From positions 1-64,000 of the forward strand of contig BLSG01000129.1 in assembly GCA_012862495.1 (NCBI GenBank): a stretch of DNA of 64,000 nucleotides, read 5' to 3'. Below the pieces are notes generated by a model. The model was not told the DNA's origin. It was given only the letters and a program-made list of their open reading frames with translations, and ran no database searches. The stretch is from Thraustochytrium aureum (Eukaryota). Positions within the stretch are counted from its first letter, which is position 1. Each line of letters opens with the position of its first letter. Shown in pieces: positions 8,774 through 21,376 of this stretch. The translations under genes were made by a program, and so were the position numbers.

Positions 8774-11700
8774 CGAGCACGGCGGGGCCTCTTCGGGCGG
8801 CTCGTTTCGTTCGCCGCTGCGAGTGGGTTAGGGTGTCGGACGAATGGGTGGCGGGCGGATATCCGTGCAAAACGAAAGTTACCGGTTTGCACGGATCTGC
8901 GCGGTGAAGGCGGAATGGGTGGACGGTCGCTGTCCTTGATCGACGGCTGTTTCCGTTGTTGGCGGGCCGCGGGCGCCGCTGCAGAATGGGTGGCGCCCGA
9001 GTCTCACGAGCAAGCCTGCAGGAAAGCAGGCAGGCCGAGCAGGCAGGGCAAGCAGGCGGCGAAGATGGAGGCCAGCATAACCCTATCGCAGGGGTTGTCA
9101 GCTTCGCAAGTGATGAGATAACAGATAGGGACATCTGTAGCGCGTCCACGCGTGGGCGCGCGATGACGATGAACCATCTGAAGTAGGAATCTCTCTTGAT
9201 GCAAGACTCGGCCCGGCGAGGCCACGGAGGAGGACGGCTTGGCTGGTTTGCGGCGGCGTACGGCGGGTGGCGCGGTTTGGGCGGCGCGCGGCGGAGTACA
9301 GGACGCAACCGAGATAGGCTGGCTCGCGCCCTCCCATGGCGCGGGTCGGTTTGTAAAACCATTCGGGATGCAACAGCGACTGTCCGTGCTCCTAGAGTCG
9401 GTCTGCGCAAGCATCACCTTCGCCGATCGCTATGCACCCAGACATTTCACATTTCTACCGTGAACTCTTTACGCCGAGGAACGCTTGCGTGGTCGCGGCT
9501 TGGGGTGGATGGCGTTGGTTGGTTGGCTGGCTGGCTGGTTGTTTGGTTGATGGCTTGGTGCTTTGTTTTCCTGGTACGGGCCCTGCGCACCGCTGGTTCA
9601 CGTGGGGTGAAGAATGGTTGCTCGCAACCCAAAACGCCGAGCCATTGCCGCGAGTGCAGTTATTGCTTTCGCTGGCTATGAGGCACCACTATAGTCATAG
9701 TTACACTGACCACTGTTGCGCGCCTGCCTCCATGCGGGCGCGCCTTCGGGCAGAGCAGAGCAAAGGGTGTGCTTGAGAGGTTGCGAATGGACGGGCGGGC
9801 GGGCGGGCGAGCGGGCGGCGCAGGTGCGCGGTCCCGTGAGGATACCTTGACAACTCGACCCAACATGCGGCGCTTGTCGACGCATTTGAGGAGCAAACTC
9901 TAGAGCTTTTTAAATCCGAGGACACAAGCATGGAGCATGGCGGGGGGAGGGGAGAGGGCTGCGCTGCTGCTGCTGCTGCTGCTGCTGTTGCTGGACCAAT
10001 TCGAGTTCGACCGCGGCTGGCGCTGTGCTTCAGGGAGATGATGACTACAACCAGCTACTCCGAACAGCATTTAGTCTTTGCATCAACACCGTGTGGTCAG
10101 CATACTACTAGATGGAATGATCCCTTACTCACAGCGTGCGCGGCGGAACAGCGACCAGGCCGCACAGCGAGCGGCCAACTGAGCTACCAGCAAGACCTTT
10201 CGCGGGGATGACGATCTTGACTTACTATCATCTTTCGGGNNNNNNNNNNNNNNNNNNNNNNNNNNNNNNNNNNNNNNNNNNNNNNNNNNNNNNNNNNNNN
10301 NNNNNNNNNNNNNNNNNNNNNNNNNNNNNNNNNNNNNNNNNNNNNNNNNNNNNNNNNNNNNNNNNNNNNNNNNNNNNNNNNNNNNNNNNNNNNNNNNNNN
10401 NNNNNNATTGTCCAATTGCTGTTTGATGCAGCTCGCGCGTGAAACCACGAGACGTTCGAGGGCTAGAGCAGGTGTTAGCCTCCGCTGACCGCTCTCCATG
10501 GCGATATCCTGCACACGGGGTTTGGTTTGGCTCGCGCCGCGTCTGGCAGCGCGCCAGTGGTGGGGAGGGAGGGAGGGGGAGGGACGGGTGCCTGGGGGAA
10601 CGGCAGCCTGCCTGCCGTTCGCGGTCATCTACAAACGCATCGGATTAGGGCCCTTTACACCCTGTTCACAGTCGGGGTGGCTGGGGCCGCGCCACTTTGC
10701 ACGCCACCTGCTATGTGGTATATGTGTTGGTAACGATCCAAGACTGATTGTCCAGGCGGGCGCTGGCGTGGGATGTCGGTCGACGGAGGCCCTCGGGTCT
10801 TCTCCCGGCGCTCACGCCGCCCTGCTGCCGCGCTGCATTCCACCCCTCGCACAGCCACTACGTGGCCATGAGTGCGAAGACAAACCGTAGCGCCGACAGG
10901 CCTCGTCGGGCTGCAGCGTTCGCGCGCGCCTGATTTTGCTTGCTTGTGTTTGCTTTGCTTTGCTGGCTCTCGTGCGCGCGTCTCAGGGTCGTAGCAACTT
11001 CCCAGGGCGCGCTATCAGCACGGCAACTATGCCAAGTGCCTTGCGTAGCTACCTACTGCGCCAGAGCCAACTTCCGTTGCCAAGACCGAACGCCTCGTCT
11101 CGGTTCGCCGGGGCGGGGCATCAGCCAGACAACTGTAGAACTGCTCTCCACGCGCTGCATTGCCAATCGACGAATGTAGCTCACAATGTGCGGATCACAT
11201 TTCAAGCAACACCAGGTGTGGTGTTCTGCGGCTTGCCGAGTGTTCGCGAGGGGGGCTTGCTGGGGCCGCTGGTTGTTGTCGTCATGTGTGGCAGACCTGA
11301 TTGGGTGTGACGAAAACTTCGTTTCATGCCAGTTTTGCTTCTGAACCCACTAACATTTTTTCTCTCGTGTTGAGAACGAAACTCCGATCCTTTCGGCTGT
11401 CGCACATGACAACAATTTGGAGCGCGGGGAGTGGCTGGTTGGCATTGCTTGCTTGCGTTTGCTTCGAGAGGTCTCGGTTGGTGGTGGGGCGCATACGTGG
11501 AGTTCGTCATCGTCGTCGTCGTCTTCTTCATCGTGCAATGAAGAGTCCTAGCAATTCTGACACCTCTTGTTTGAAAGCGCCTGGCGCTTGGTGAACGCAC
11601 TCACGCTATTACTTTCTGAGCACTATCCATAAATTCTTCATCCACCAACACAACCAATCTACGCCCCTTTTTCTTTCACTCCTCGCTGTGCCTCGACTGT

Positions 11701-13934
11701 CGTCGTGAATCGTGATGTTGATTGATGTTGCTGTTGCACCGAGACACGCTGATTTGGAGAAACTTGCACGCACTCTTTGGTGGTAGTTGCGTTCCTCGTC
11801 ATACCGGCGTGCCCATGACGCAATTGGGCTCTGAAACCCTACTTTTTGCCCTAGCCCTTCCGTCACAGGCCACTCCAAGCGTCACTATCTGTTCGCTGGA
11901 TGGCTGGCTGCTGGCAACAGTCAGCCAACCAGCCTCCAGTCCGTCTGTCGCGACCGCACATCCCGGTAGCCACCCATCCCTCAAACCTCCTAGTGCGCTC
12001 GNNNNNNNNNNNNNNNNNNNNNNNNNNNNNNNNNNNNNNNNNNNNNNNNNNNNNNNNNNNNNNNNNNNNNNNNNNNNNNNNNNNNNNNNNNNNNNNNNNN
12101 NNNNNNNNNNNNNNNNNNNNNNNNNNNNNNNNNNNNNNNNNNNNNNNNNNNNNNNNNNNNNNNNNNNNNNNNNNNNNNNNNNNNNNNNNNNNNNNNNNNN
12201 NNNNNNNNNNNNNNNNNNNNNNNNNNNNNNNNNNNNNNNNNNNNNNNNNNNNNNNNNNNNNNNNNNNNNNNNNNNNNNNNNNNNNNNNNNNNNNNNNNNN
12301 NNNNNNNNNNNNNNNNNNNNNNNNNNNNNNNNNNNNNNNNNNNNNNNNNNNNNNNNNNNNNNNNNNNNNNNNNNNNNNNNNNNNNNNNNNNNNNNNNNNN
12401 NNNNNNNNNNNNNNNNNNNNNNNNNNNNNNNNNNNNNNNNNNNNNNNNNNNNNNNNNNNNNNNNNNNNNNNNNNNNNNNNNNNNNNNNNNNNNNNNNNNN
12501 NNNNNNNNNNNNNNNNNNNNNNNNNNNNNNNNNNNNNNNNNNNNNNNNNNNNNNNNNNNNNNNNNNNNNNNNNNNNNNNNNNNNNNNNNNNNNNNNNNNN
12601 NNNNNNNNNNNNNNNNNNNNNNNNNNNNNNNNNNNNNNNNNNNNNNNNNNNNNNNNNNNNNNNNNNNNNNNNNNNNNNNNNNNNNNNNNNNNNNNNNNNN
12701 NNNNNNNNNNNNNNNNNNNNNNNNNNNNNNNNNNNNNNNNNNNNNNNNNNNNNNNNNNNNNNNNNNNNNNNNNNNNNNNNNNNNNNNNNNNNNNNNNNNN
12801 NNNNNNNNNNNNNNNNNNNNNNNNNNNNNNNNNNNNNNNNNNNNNNNNNNNNNNNNNNNNNNNNNNNNNNNNNNNNNNNNNNNNNNNNNNNNNNNNNNNN
12901 NNNNNNNNNNNNNNNTCGCTCCCTAGTAATCGTGTTGAGAATCAATGCTGTGGTTTCAATGATGGTCAACGAGAGCACGGCGAGACTCGCGGTGGTTTGG
13001 AAGCTGGCGCGCGCCCACCTCTTGCATGGCTGGCACTAACTGGGTTCGCATTCCTCCTCGCAACAGGTGCACGCTCACGGGCCCGGACTCTGCGCCTTCC
13101 CTGTATTTTTCATGTAAATGGTACGTCTCTTCTGCGGGCAGGTGAGCTGGAGGGGGCCGGGCTGGCCAGACCTTGGCACGAGGGAGGAAGAAACCAATGG
13201 ATTCCCCTTCTTGATGCCTTCGGGTGTGTGAGGATTAATCCTACCGCATTGATCAGACCTCGTGCGTCGCCAGCCTAGCCTGGCAAAGGACGGAAGGGGC
13301 GGGTTGCGGCTCGCTTGGCTGCTTTTGCAACGAACTTGACGTTGGTTTTGGGCAATGATCTTTAAAGCTATGAATTAGCCAGACAGGTAGCAACCAACAT
13401 TCTTTACGCAATGACCACCAGACCTTACGGGTCACCACCCATTGTCTGAGCCCCAAACCAACATACCCGAGCTTTGGCTGCAGTGCGCGTGAAAGGTCGA
13501 CAGCCTGGCGTTCTCTGATCCGATCACTAACCTGGCGCTCTCTTCGCAGTATTATTGTTCAGCTTTACCTACTTTGCTTGCTCACTCACTTTCAGGGCGA
13601 CGCGGCGGGCAGCAGACTCGAAAGGATGCATCAATACTTATCTACATTGCCCGAACGAGCACGTGTCGACCACAAGTTATCACACTGGCTGACGTTTCGC
13701 GCTGCCCGCCCCAACCCCCCGCTCTATCTACCTTGGCTTGACGACCACGGACAAGGCGTCGACTGCGGCGTGCATGGGAAATGACGAGAGTTTATGCTCT
13801 AACCCAGCTCGCTTTGAGGACTTGCTTCCATTGAAGAGAAACCTTTGTTCTCGCTCACATGTGAACCACTGATCCCTAGCACGCCGCACAATTCGCCGTC
13901 CAAACAATGTCCTCCCGTTTTTTCGTCCCATCCG

Positions 13935-16464
13935 TCACGCACCCTCCTGCCGCTCGGCGCCCATGGAGCGTCTCCGACTCGAAACTGGCAACCCGTCCAA
14001 CGAGCTGCTGCGTTCAGAGACCGGGCTTGCTCCGATCGACGTCGGTGAAAGGCTGCCGAGCTTGTTCAAAAGCCAGCTCGCTGTGCTTCGCCGCTTGGCG
14101 GGTGTCTCGCCGGCCTCGCTCGTTGGAGGCACTTGATCGTCACCCGATCGCGCCGACAGATCGGAGAGCCGCGGCCCAGAACTGTTTCGCCTTCGCCGGG
14201 ATGCGGTGGCATTGCCATCTGCCGCCGCCTCCGCGAGGTCAGCGAACAAGTCGCTCTTGTCCTCCTCCTCGTCGTCCTTGTCGCCGTCCTTGTCGCCGCC
14301 GTCGTAGCCTTCATCATCGCCGCCCCCACTTGCAGCAGCGTTCACAGCCGCGAGGCCCTTGCTTCGGAGCGAGCCGGAGCTCTTGGGCTCGCCTTGGCCC
14401 CGCACCGGCTTCGCCACGCGCGGGACAATCTTGTACACCTTGCTCCCGCTCGCCTCAGGCGGAGGGCCGCTGCCGGCCCTGACAGCGGCGTTGCCAGAGC
14501 CGCGTCGAGTCCCCTCCGAACCAACCTCGAGGCCGTCGAGCGCTCGCTTATACATGGACAGCTCGTTCTGGAGCGATTCCAATTGGTCTTGGTACTTTTC
14601 GAGATTGGCCTTGAACGTTTCCTGAAAGTCGCGCAGCGCCGCCTCGAGAAAGTTGATCTGGTTTTCGCGGTTCTGAATCTTGAGCCGCCAATTGCTCTCT
14701 GCGCGGAGTGCCATTTCGTTCTGGGCGCGCGAGGCCTGCAGCTGCAGAGTGATCCTTCGATTGGCCTCACGCTCGCGATGCAGTTCTTCTGCAAGCGAGC
14801 TTCCGCCCGTCAGGGCGTCGGGGCCGTCGGCCTGCTCCAGGCGCAGGTCGATGTACTTTTGCGTGATCATTTGCAGGTCGCGCTCCAAGACGCAAAGCTT
14901 CTCTTGGGCGCTTGCCAGGTCGCTCGCCTGCGCGCCAGCAGCCGTGCTGCCAGCGCCTGCGAGATAGGCCGTCACCCCCGAGGCGGTGCTCGCCAGCTCG
15001 ACCCTGCCGGCCGCCATCTCCTCCACGAGCACCTGCTTTTCGCCTTCGAGGCGGGCGACCGAGAGCCGCAGCTCCTCTTCGTCAAAGCGCGATTGCTCCC
15101 TGACGAGCTCGAGCTCGCCAACCTGTTGCGAAAGCGCCGACTTGTCTTTGCGCAGGTCAGCCACCTGGGCCTCCTGCTCGCGCAAGCGCCGCTGCNNNNN
15201 NNNNNNNNNNNNNNNNNNNNNNNNNNNNNNNNNNNNNNNNNNNNNNNNNNNNNNNNNNNNNNNNNNNNNNNNNNNNNNNNNNNNNNNNNNNNNNNNNNNN
15301 NNNNNNNNNNNNNNNNNNNNNNNNNNNNNNNNNNNNNNNNNNNNNNNNNNNNNNNNNNNNNNNNNNNNNNNNNNNNNNNTTTGGCCTTGCTCAGCATGGC
15401 CTTGTACTCTGCGATCGAATACGACTTGTCCGCCTTTGGCTTGTTCTTGATGCGTTTGGCGCGCGTCCCAAACCTGAGCGTCGAGAGCGTCTCTGGCGCG
15501 TTGTACGGAAAGCACGAACACGTGATGATGAGGCTCGTCTTGGAGTTGCCCCCCAGCGAGTCCTGCAGCATCCGCGTCAGCTTCGAGTCGCGGTACGGAA
15601 CGTGCTTGGATCCTTCTACCAGGGCCTTGATGACGTTTCCCAGCGCGGAGAGGGACTTGTTTATCATCTTGGCCTCCTCCAGGACCTCCGCGGTGGCCCC
15701 GGTCTTTTTCACCATCTCTGACCCCGCGAGGTCCACCAGGAACAGCCTGCCCGTTTTCGTCGCTTCGCGCCGCGTGTCCCGCTGCGTCACGGTCAGAATG
15801 AACACAGAGTGGCTCCGACTCGAGTCCTGGTTCATCCGCGTCGACGCGATCGCGCGGCTCGCAGAGCCCTTCACAGCGACCGAAAGGAGCTCGTTCGGCG
15901 ACGACACGTACACTTCCTCGACGCCTTCAAGCGTGACGCCGCCGCCCCGCCCTTCGCGTATTTTGAGGCTGTTCCCGCGCGCCCCTGGCAGCAGCAGGTC
16001 GCGGACGCGCTCCTTGTAAATCTCCACAAAGCTGGCTTTGATCACGAACTCGGCGCTCGGGTCTGCGCCAGCCATTGCAACGAAGAGGTCTTCGGAGATG
16101 CGGGGGATCACGCCGCGCGCCTCTTCGTCGCTGCCGGCGTCGGGGCCCATCATTGTGTGCGTCTTGCCCGACCCCGTCTGGCCGTAGGCGAAGATGGTGC
16201 ACGAGTACCCTTCAAGGACGTCTTGGACGAGAGGTGCGGCACAGGCCTCGTACACTTGCTCCTGGGTCGCTTCGTCGTCCAGGACCGCGTCAAAGGTGAA
16301 CAGGTTTTCGTCTCCGTTGCTGCCGCCGATCTTGGCGTCCCCAGCCAGCATTCTGACCGAGGTCCCCTCCGGGCCAAACCAGACGCACTTTTCCGCCTTG
16401 CGCTCGACCTCCGTCTTGTTCGCAGGCCGAAACCGCGCGCACACCCTCACGTTGCCGCTCCCGC
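13935..16464 (-). CDS. Kinesin heavy chain (kinesin-1-like): N-terminal motor, coiled-coil stalk, low-complexity tail; start codon and part of the stalk in gaps
   Basis: NVRVCARFRP, AYGQTGSGKT (P-loop), NQDSSRSH (switch I), DLAGSE (switch II), HVPYRDSKLTRMLQDSLGGNSKT, kinesin-1-like neck; coiled coil at about 14500-15195. Confidence 0.93.
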
Positions 16465-16974
16465 NNNNNNNNNNNNNNNNNNNNNNNNNNNNNNNNNNNN
16501 NNNNNNNNNNNNNNNNNNNNNNNNNNNNNNNNNNNNNNNNNNNNNNNNNNNNNNNNNNNNNNNNNNNNNNNNNNNNNNNNNNNNNNNNNNNNNNNNNNNN
16601 NNNNNNNNNNNNNNNNNNNNNNNNNNNNNNNNNNNNNNNNNNNNNNNNNNNNNNNNNNNNNNNNNNNNNNNNNNNNNNNNNNNNNNNNNNNNNNNNNNNN
16701 NNNNNNNNNNNNNNNNNNNNNNNNNNNNNNNNNNNNNNNNNNNNNNNNNNNNNNNNNNNNNNNNNNNNNNNNNNNNNNNNNNNNNNNNNNNNNNNNNNNC
16801 AGCCCCAGTGCCCGTACCGCCTGTGCCGCCAGCGCCTCTCTCTCGCTGCCTGCCTGCCTGCTGCCTGCCTGCCTGCCTGCTGCCTGCCTGCCTGCGGGCG
16901 GGCGACACGCCGTGGACCTGCTGCTGAGCGCCTGCCTGCGCGGCGAGTCCTGGGGGCGGCGGCTCGCGGCGGTC

Positions 16975-17070
16975 GTTGACGAGCTGCTCGTGGTGGAGGT
17001 TGTGCTGCTGGTGCTGGTGCTGCTGCTGCTGCTGCTCGGCGTTGACGAGCTGCTCGTGGTGGAGGTTGTG
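16975..17070. repeat. 30-bp direct repeat GTTGACGAGCTGCTCGTGGTGGAGGTTGTG x2 (66-bp period) in CTG-rich sequence
   Basis: Identical copies at 16975-17004 and 17041-17070. Confidence 0.85.
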
Positions 17071-17199
17071 GCGCTGGCGCTGGTGCTGGTGCTGCTGCAG
17101 CTGGTGGGGCTTGTGGTGGTGGACCTCCTGCTTGCTGGTCGTGGCGGTTGACCTGGTCACGGTCGTGGCTGTGCTCGTGCTGCTGCTGCTGTCGGGCTA

Positions 17200-17203
<4 letters not shown>

Positions 17204-17234
<31 letters not shown>

Positions 17235-17274
17235 ACAACTGCTATTGCTGCTGGCTGGCTGGCTGGCTGGCTGG
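17204..17274. repeat. (GCT)n and (GGCT)n microsatellites upstream of the SET gene
   Basis: Read directly from the sequence. Confidence 0.85.
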
Positions 17275-17286
17275 CGCGGGGAAGTG

Positions 17287-20263
17287 ATGGCGCGCGCAGC
17301 GAGGAAAAAGATGCCCGAAGCGACGGCGAGTCCAGCACATCGAACGAGCGACCTGGCGCAGTGGGGCGGGCTCGTACGGTTCGCAGCTATTGCCGTCGTC
17401 GCCGTGGCAGTACTGGGCGGCGCTGGCGTGTGGCCCGCCGGAGAGACGGACGCGAAAGGCGAGTGCGCTGGGCAGGAATGCCAAGCGAGCCCTGCCGTGG
17501 TGGGAGAGCAGGAGGAGGCGTTCATGGCATGGCTGGGAAATGTCGGAGCCACGGCGAACAGGGTCGCAGTCGCTCAGTTCCACACACTCGGCCGCGGTGT
17601 CCAAGCGCTGGACGACATTGAGCAGGACGACGAAGTTGTGCGCGTTCCGCTGAGCGCCGTGGTGTGCCGCGAGACGATCGCGGCACAGGGCCCCGGCGGC
17701 GCTCACCTTGCTCGAGCATGGGACAGGTCCGAAAACGATGCCCTCTTGGCCGCCTTCCTGGTCCTTGAGCGAGCCAAGGGGCCAAGCTCGACCTGGTCGC
17801 CGTACCTCGACGTCCTTCCAAGCCACGTCGACGCCGCATGGCTGCTCCCAGAGCACGAGCTCGCCAAGATCCAAGTTCCAGAGACAGTCGCAAAGGTCCG
17901 GAACCAAAGGGCCACTTTCGACGCCCAGCTGCCAAAGTTGCGCCAAAACATCCGCGAGGCGCTGGCCAAAGATGGCAAGGCCGGGCTGGCCGAGGCGCTC
18001 TCCGACGAGTGGCTGCACTGGGCGTTCACGATGGTCGACTCGCGCGCGCTCACGATCAAAGGCGACAAATTTCTCGTCCCGCTCGCAGACATGTTCAACT
18101 ACGCACCGCACCCTCGGCCCCGGCACGGGTCGCAAGGCGACTTTTTCCTCAAGCACCATGTCCTCGAGCCTCGCTTCTTTGTTGTCAAGGCGGACCGCGG
18201 CGTCAAGGCTGGCGAGCAGCTGTTTATGGACTATGGCGACAACCCAAGCGAGATCTACTTTCGTTTCCACGGGTTTNTGCCNNNNNNNNNNNNNNNNNNN
18301 NNNNNNNNNNNNNNNNNNNNNNNNNNNNNNNNNNNNNNNNNNNNNNNNNNNNNNNNNNNNNNNNNNNNNNNNNNNNNNNNNNNNNNNNNNNNNNNNNNNN
18401 NNNNNNNNNNNNNNNNNNNNNNNNNNNNNNNNNNNNNNNNNNNNNNNNNNNNNNNNNNNNNNNNNNNNNAACCCAAGCGAGATCTACTTTCGTTTCCACG
18501 GGTTTGTGCCGGACCGCAACCCGTTCGACTGCTTTCTTGTCGGCCCCGCTTTAAGCCCGGAAGAAATCGCTGCGCAGGGCGAGGCGCTCGCGACTCAAGA
18601 CCGCCTGCGAGCTCGCATCGGGCTCCCTGCTCGGCCCTCAGATTGCCTGCGCTGGAACTCGGCCGAGGCGGCGTGGGGGCGGTCCCCAGTCGCGGTTTTC
18701 GACCGCGTGATGGCTGTCACGGAGCCCTTGGCCACAACCTGCCTGGCCAACCTCGACAAGGCGTCCGGGAGGAACGAGTTTAACAGCGCGATCCGCGCCT
18801 GCCTCGAAGCCGCCCCGGCGAGCAACGGCGCCCTGCTCAACAAGGTCACTTCAGCTCTTGCCTCGTTCGCAACCTCGCTCAAGGAGGACGAGGCAGCCTT
18901 GCGCAGAGGAGGGTTATCCCCAGCCGAGTCTTGCGTCGTGCGGTTCAATGCGGCCCAAAAGAGGATGGCACAGCATATCCGGGACAAGGTCCAGTACGGG
19001 CGGGTTCCTGCGGAAGACATGCCGCCGGGCGTCCTGCCCGTCGACGAGGCCCGGCGAGCGATCCTTGCGCGCGGCGCGGTCGCCGATGTCGACCTCAAGC
19101 GCGAACAGAGCGCGCCGCTCGAATCCAAGATCGAGCGGCTCAACGAATGGGTGCGGAAGCAGCAATTTCCCGTAGCTCGAGTTCGCGCGGCGGCCATTCC
19201 CGGTCTTCGCGCCGGGACGCTGGCGACAGAGCCGATTCCAGAAGGGGAACCGTACCTTGTTGTGCCGCCCCAGGCCGTGATGGACACGGATACCGCGGTG
19301 CGCAGTGCAATCTACCCGTTTCTGTACCACATCGAGGTCAACCTTGGGAAGCCCGACGCGTTTCACCAGCTGCTCTTGTTCTTTTTGTTTGAGTACTTTG
19401 TGGAGGGCCCGCGCTCGGCATGGTGGCCATACCTCGCTCTGTTGCCTACGCCAGACGAAATGTACGCTCCCGCCTTTTACAACGAGGAGGAATTCGCAGA
19501 GCTTGACGGCCACTGGGTCAAGGACGATGCGCAGGGGAACGCGCAAGGCGTACGCGACCGCTTTGCCAAGGTCAAAGCCTTCTTGGCAGGGGCGATCGGG
19601 ACTGAGGTGCTCTCAGACAGGGTCCTGACAGAAGAAAACTACTTTTGGGCGCATGCTATCCTCGACTCGCGCGGGATCTGGTGGAACGGCGAGCGTCACC
19701 TTGTTCCGCTGCTCGACATGGTCAACTGCCGCGAGGGCGGCAAACGAGTCCACGAGACCAGCTTTGACGCCGCCTCAGGGGGCGCCGTGACCAAGGCCGC
19801 GCAGGCGTACGCGGCGGGCGAGCAGGTCTTCGAGGACTATGGGCAGCCGAACCACATCTACCAGCTCTTCCACGGATTCTCGCTCCCAAACAACCCGTAC
19901 GACTGCATCAAGGTCGAGGTCCGCCTCTCTCTGACGGCGCGCAGCGACTTGGCCATGTTTCGCTTCGGAAACGCAAACAGCGACAGGGTTCGTTCGGTGG
20001 AGAGCTTTTGCGTGCGCTACCCGCTCGAGGCCAGCAAGGATGTTCTTGCCGCGTTTTCCAACGATTGGGCTGTGCTCCGGCAAAGCTTGGCCACCTGGCT
20101 CTCGCGGTTCCCGCGCTCGCTGGCAGAGGACGAGGCAAGGCTCGCGACCCTCGGCGAGGGCAAGCGCAAGAGCGCGCTGACCTTTATTGTTCGGGAAAAG
20201 GGGCTCGCGAAGCGGCTCATTGAGGAGCTGGACGCACGCCTCGCAGCGGCTACGAAACCCTAA
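17287..20263 (+). CDS. Tandem SET-domain protein (Rubisco-LSMT/SETD3-like x2) with N-terminal hydrophobic anchor; about 915 aa after closing a false gap
   Basis: Module 1: GRGVQALDDI, STWSPYLDVLP, WAFTMVDSRA, LVPLADMFNY, GEQLFMDYG..HGF. Module 2: GTLATEPI, SAWWPYLALLP, WAHAILDSR, LVPLLDMVNC, GEQVFEDYG..HGF. Sequence 18241-18281 is repeated at 18470-18510 across the gap, so the flanks overlap and join in frame. Confidence 0.88.
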
Positions 20264-20311
20264 ACTGCGCCATGAATTCGCAACGCGCACAAACCAGCAG
20301 ACATGCCCAAC

Positions 20312-20566
20312 TCACTTCGCGCGCTTGAAAAGGCGCAAGAGCGCAGCAGAGGCCTTGACCTGCCGCACGTTGACGTTGATCCGCGTCTCGTTCATGTAGA
20401 GCGCCAAGCCCCGCGCGCTAGCGCCAGCGCTGGCCTCGCGGCGCTCGAGGGCCGCGCGAAGCCGAGATGGCAAGGTGTTGCGCAACATGCACGGCACGCC
20501 GTGCAGGTTCATCCGCGACGGCCCGCCGAGGAGGACGACGTCCCCGCTGCGCACGATGACGGGCAA
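20312..20566 (-). CDS. ALKBH1: C-terminal part of an AlkB/ALKBH1-type 2OG-Fe(II) dioxygenase; remainder in gap 20567-21275
   Basis: VRSGDVVLLGGPSR..HGVP and RINVNVRQV are the ALKBH1 C-terminal signatures. Confidence 0.8.
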   Translation of the reverse strand: MPVIVRSGDVVLLGGPSRMNLHGVPCMLRNTLPSRLRAALERREASAGASARGLALYMNETRINVNVRQVKASAALLRLFKRAK

Positions 20567-21376
20567 NNNNNNNNNNNNNNNNNNNNNNNNNNNNNNNNNN
20601 NNNNNNNNNNNNNNNNNNNNNNNNNNNNNNNNNNNNNNNNNNNNNNNNNNNNNNNNNNNNNNNNNNNNNNNNNNNNNNNNNNNNNNNNNNNNNNNNNNNN
20701 NNNNNNNNNNNNNNNNNNNNNNNNNNNNNNNNNNNNNNNNNNNNNNNNNNNNNNNNNNNNNNNNNNNNNNNNNNNNNNNNNNNNNNNNNNNNNNNNNNNN
20801 NNNNNNNNNNNNNNNNNNNNNNNNNNNNNNNNNNNNNNNNNNNNNNNNNNNNNNNNNNNNNNNNNNNNNNNNNNNNNNNNNNNNNNNNNNNNNNNNNNNN
20901 NNNNNNNNNNNNNNNNNNNNNNNNNNNNNNNNNNNNNNNNNNNNNNNNNNNNNNNNNNNNNNNNNNNNNNNNNNNNNNNNNNNNNNNNNNNNNNNNNNNN
21001 NNNNNNNNNNNNNNNNNNNNNNNNNNNNNNNNNNNNNNNNNNNNNNNNNNNNNNNNNNNNNNNNNNNNNNNNNNNNNNNNNNNNNNNNNNNNNNNNNNNN
21101 NNNNNNNNNNNNNNNNNNNNNNNNNNNNNNNNNNNNNNNNNNNNNNNNNNNNNNNNNNNNNNNNNNNNNNNNNNNNNNNNNNNNNNNNNNNNNNNNNNNN
21201 NNNNNNNNNNNNNNNNNNNNNNNNNNNNNNNNNNNNNNNNNNNNNNNNNNNNNNNNNNNNNNNNNNNNNNNNNNNCGCAGCGCGGGCAGGACGCGAGAGG
21301 GCGCGCGGCGCCGCTGGAGCCTCGTTCAGGCTGCTGCGGGCTGCTGCATGGGGCGAAGGAGCCCAGCGAGGTAGGG

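Noticed and set aside
11722..13278. Long ORFs spanning N runs (also at 20.3-21.4, 24.2-26.2, 26.2-27.4 and 62.6-63.5 kb)
   Set aside because: Their length comes from Ns translated as X; the flanks show no coding signal beyond the genes already listed.
14133..16019. Long antisense ORFs opposite kinesin, SF3B3, LRR, NUDT5 and others
   Set aside because: Shadow ORFs are expected in high-GC coding DNA, and none has a recognisable motif.
18241..18510. 41-bp direct repeat flanking a gap (possible target-site duplication or insertion)
   Set aside because: It is an unmerged contig overlap; collapsing it restores a continuous SET-domain frame.
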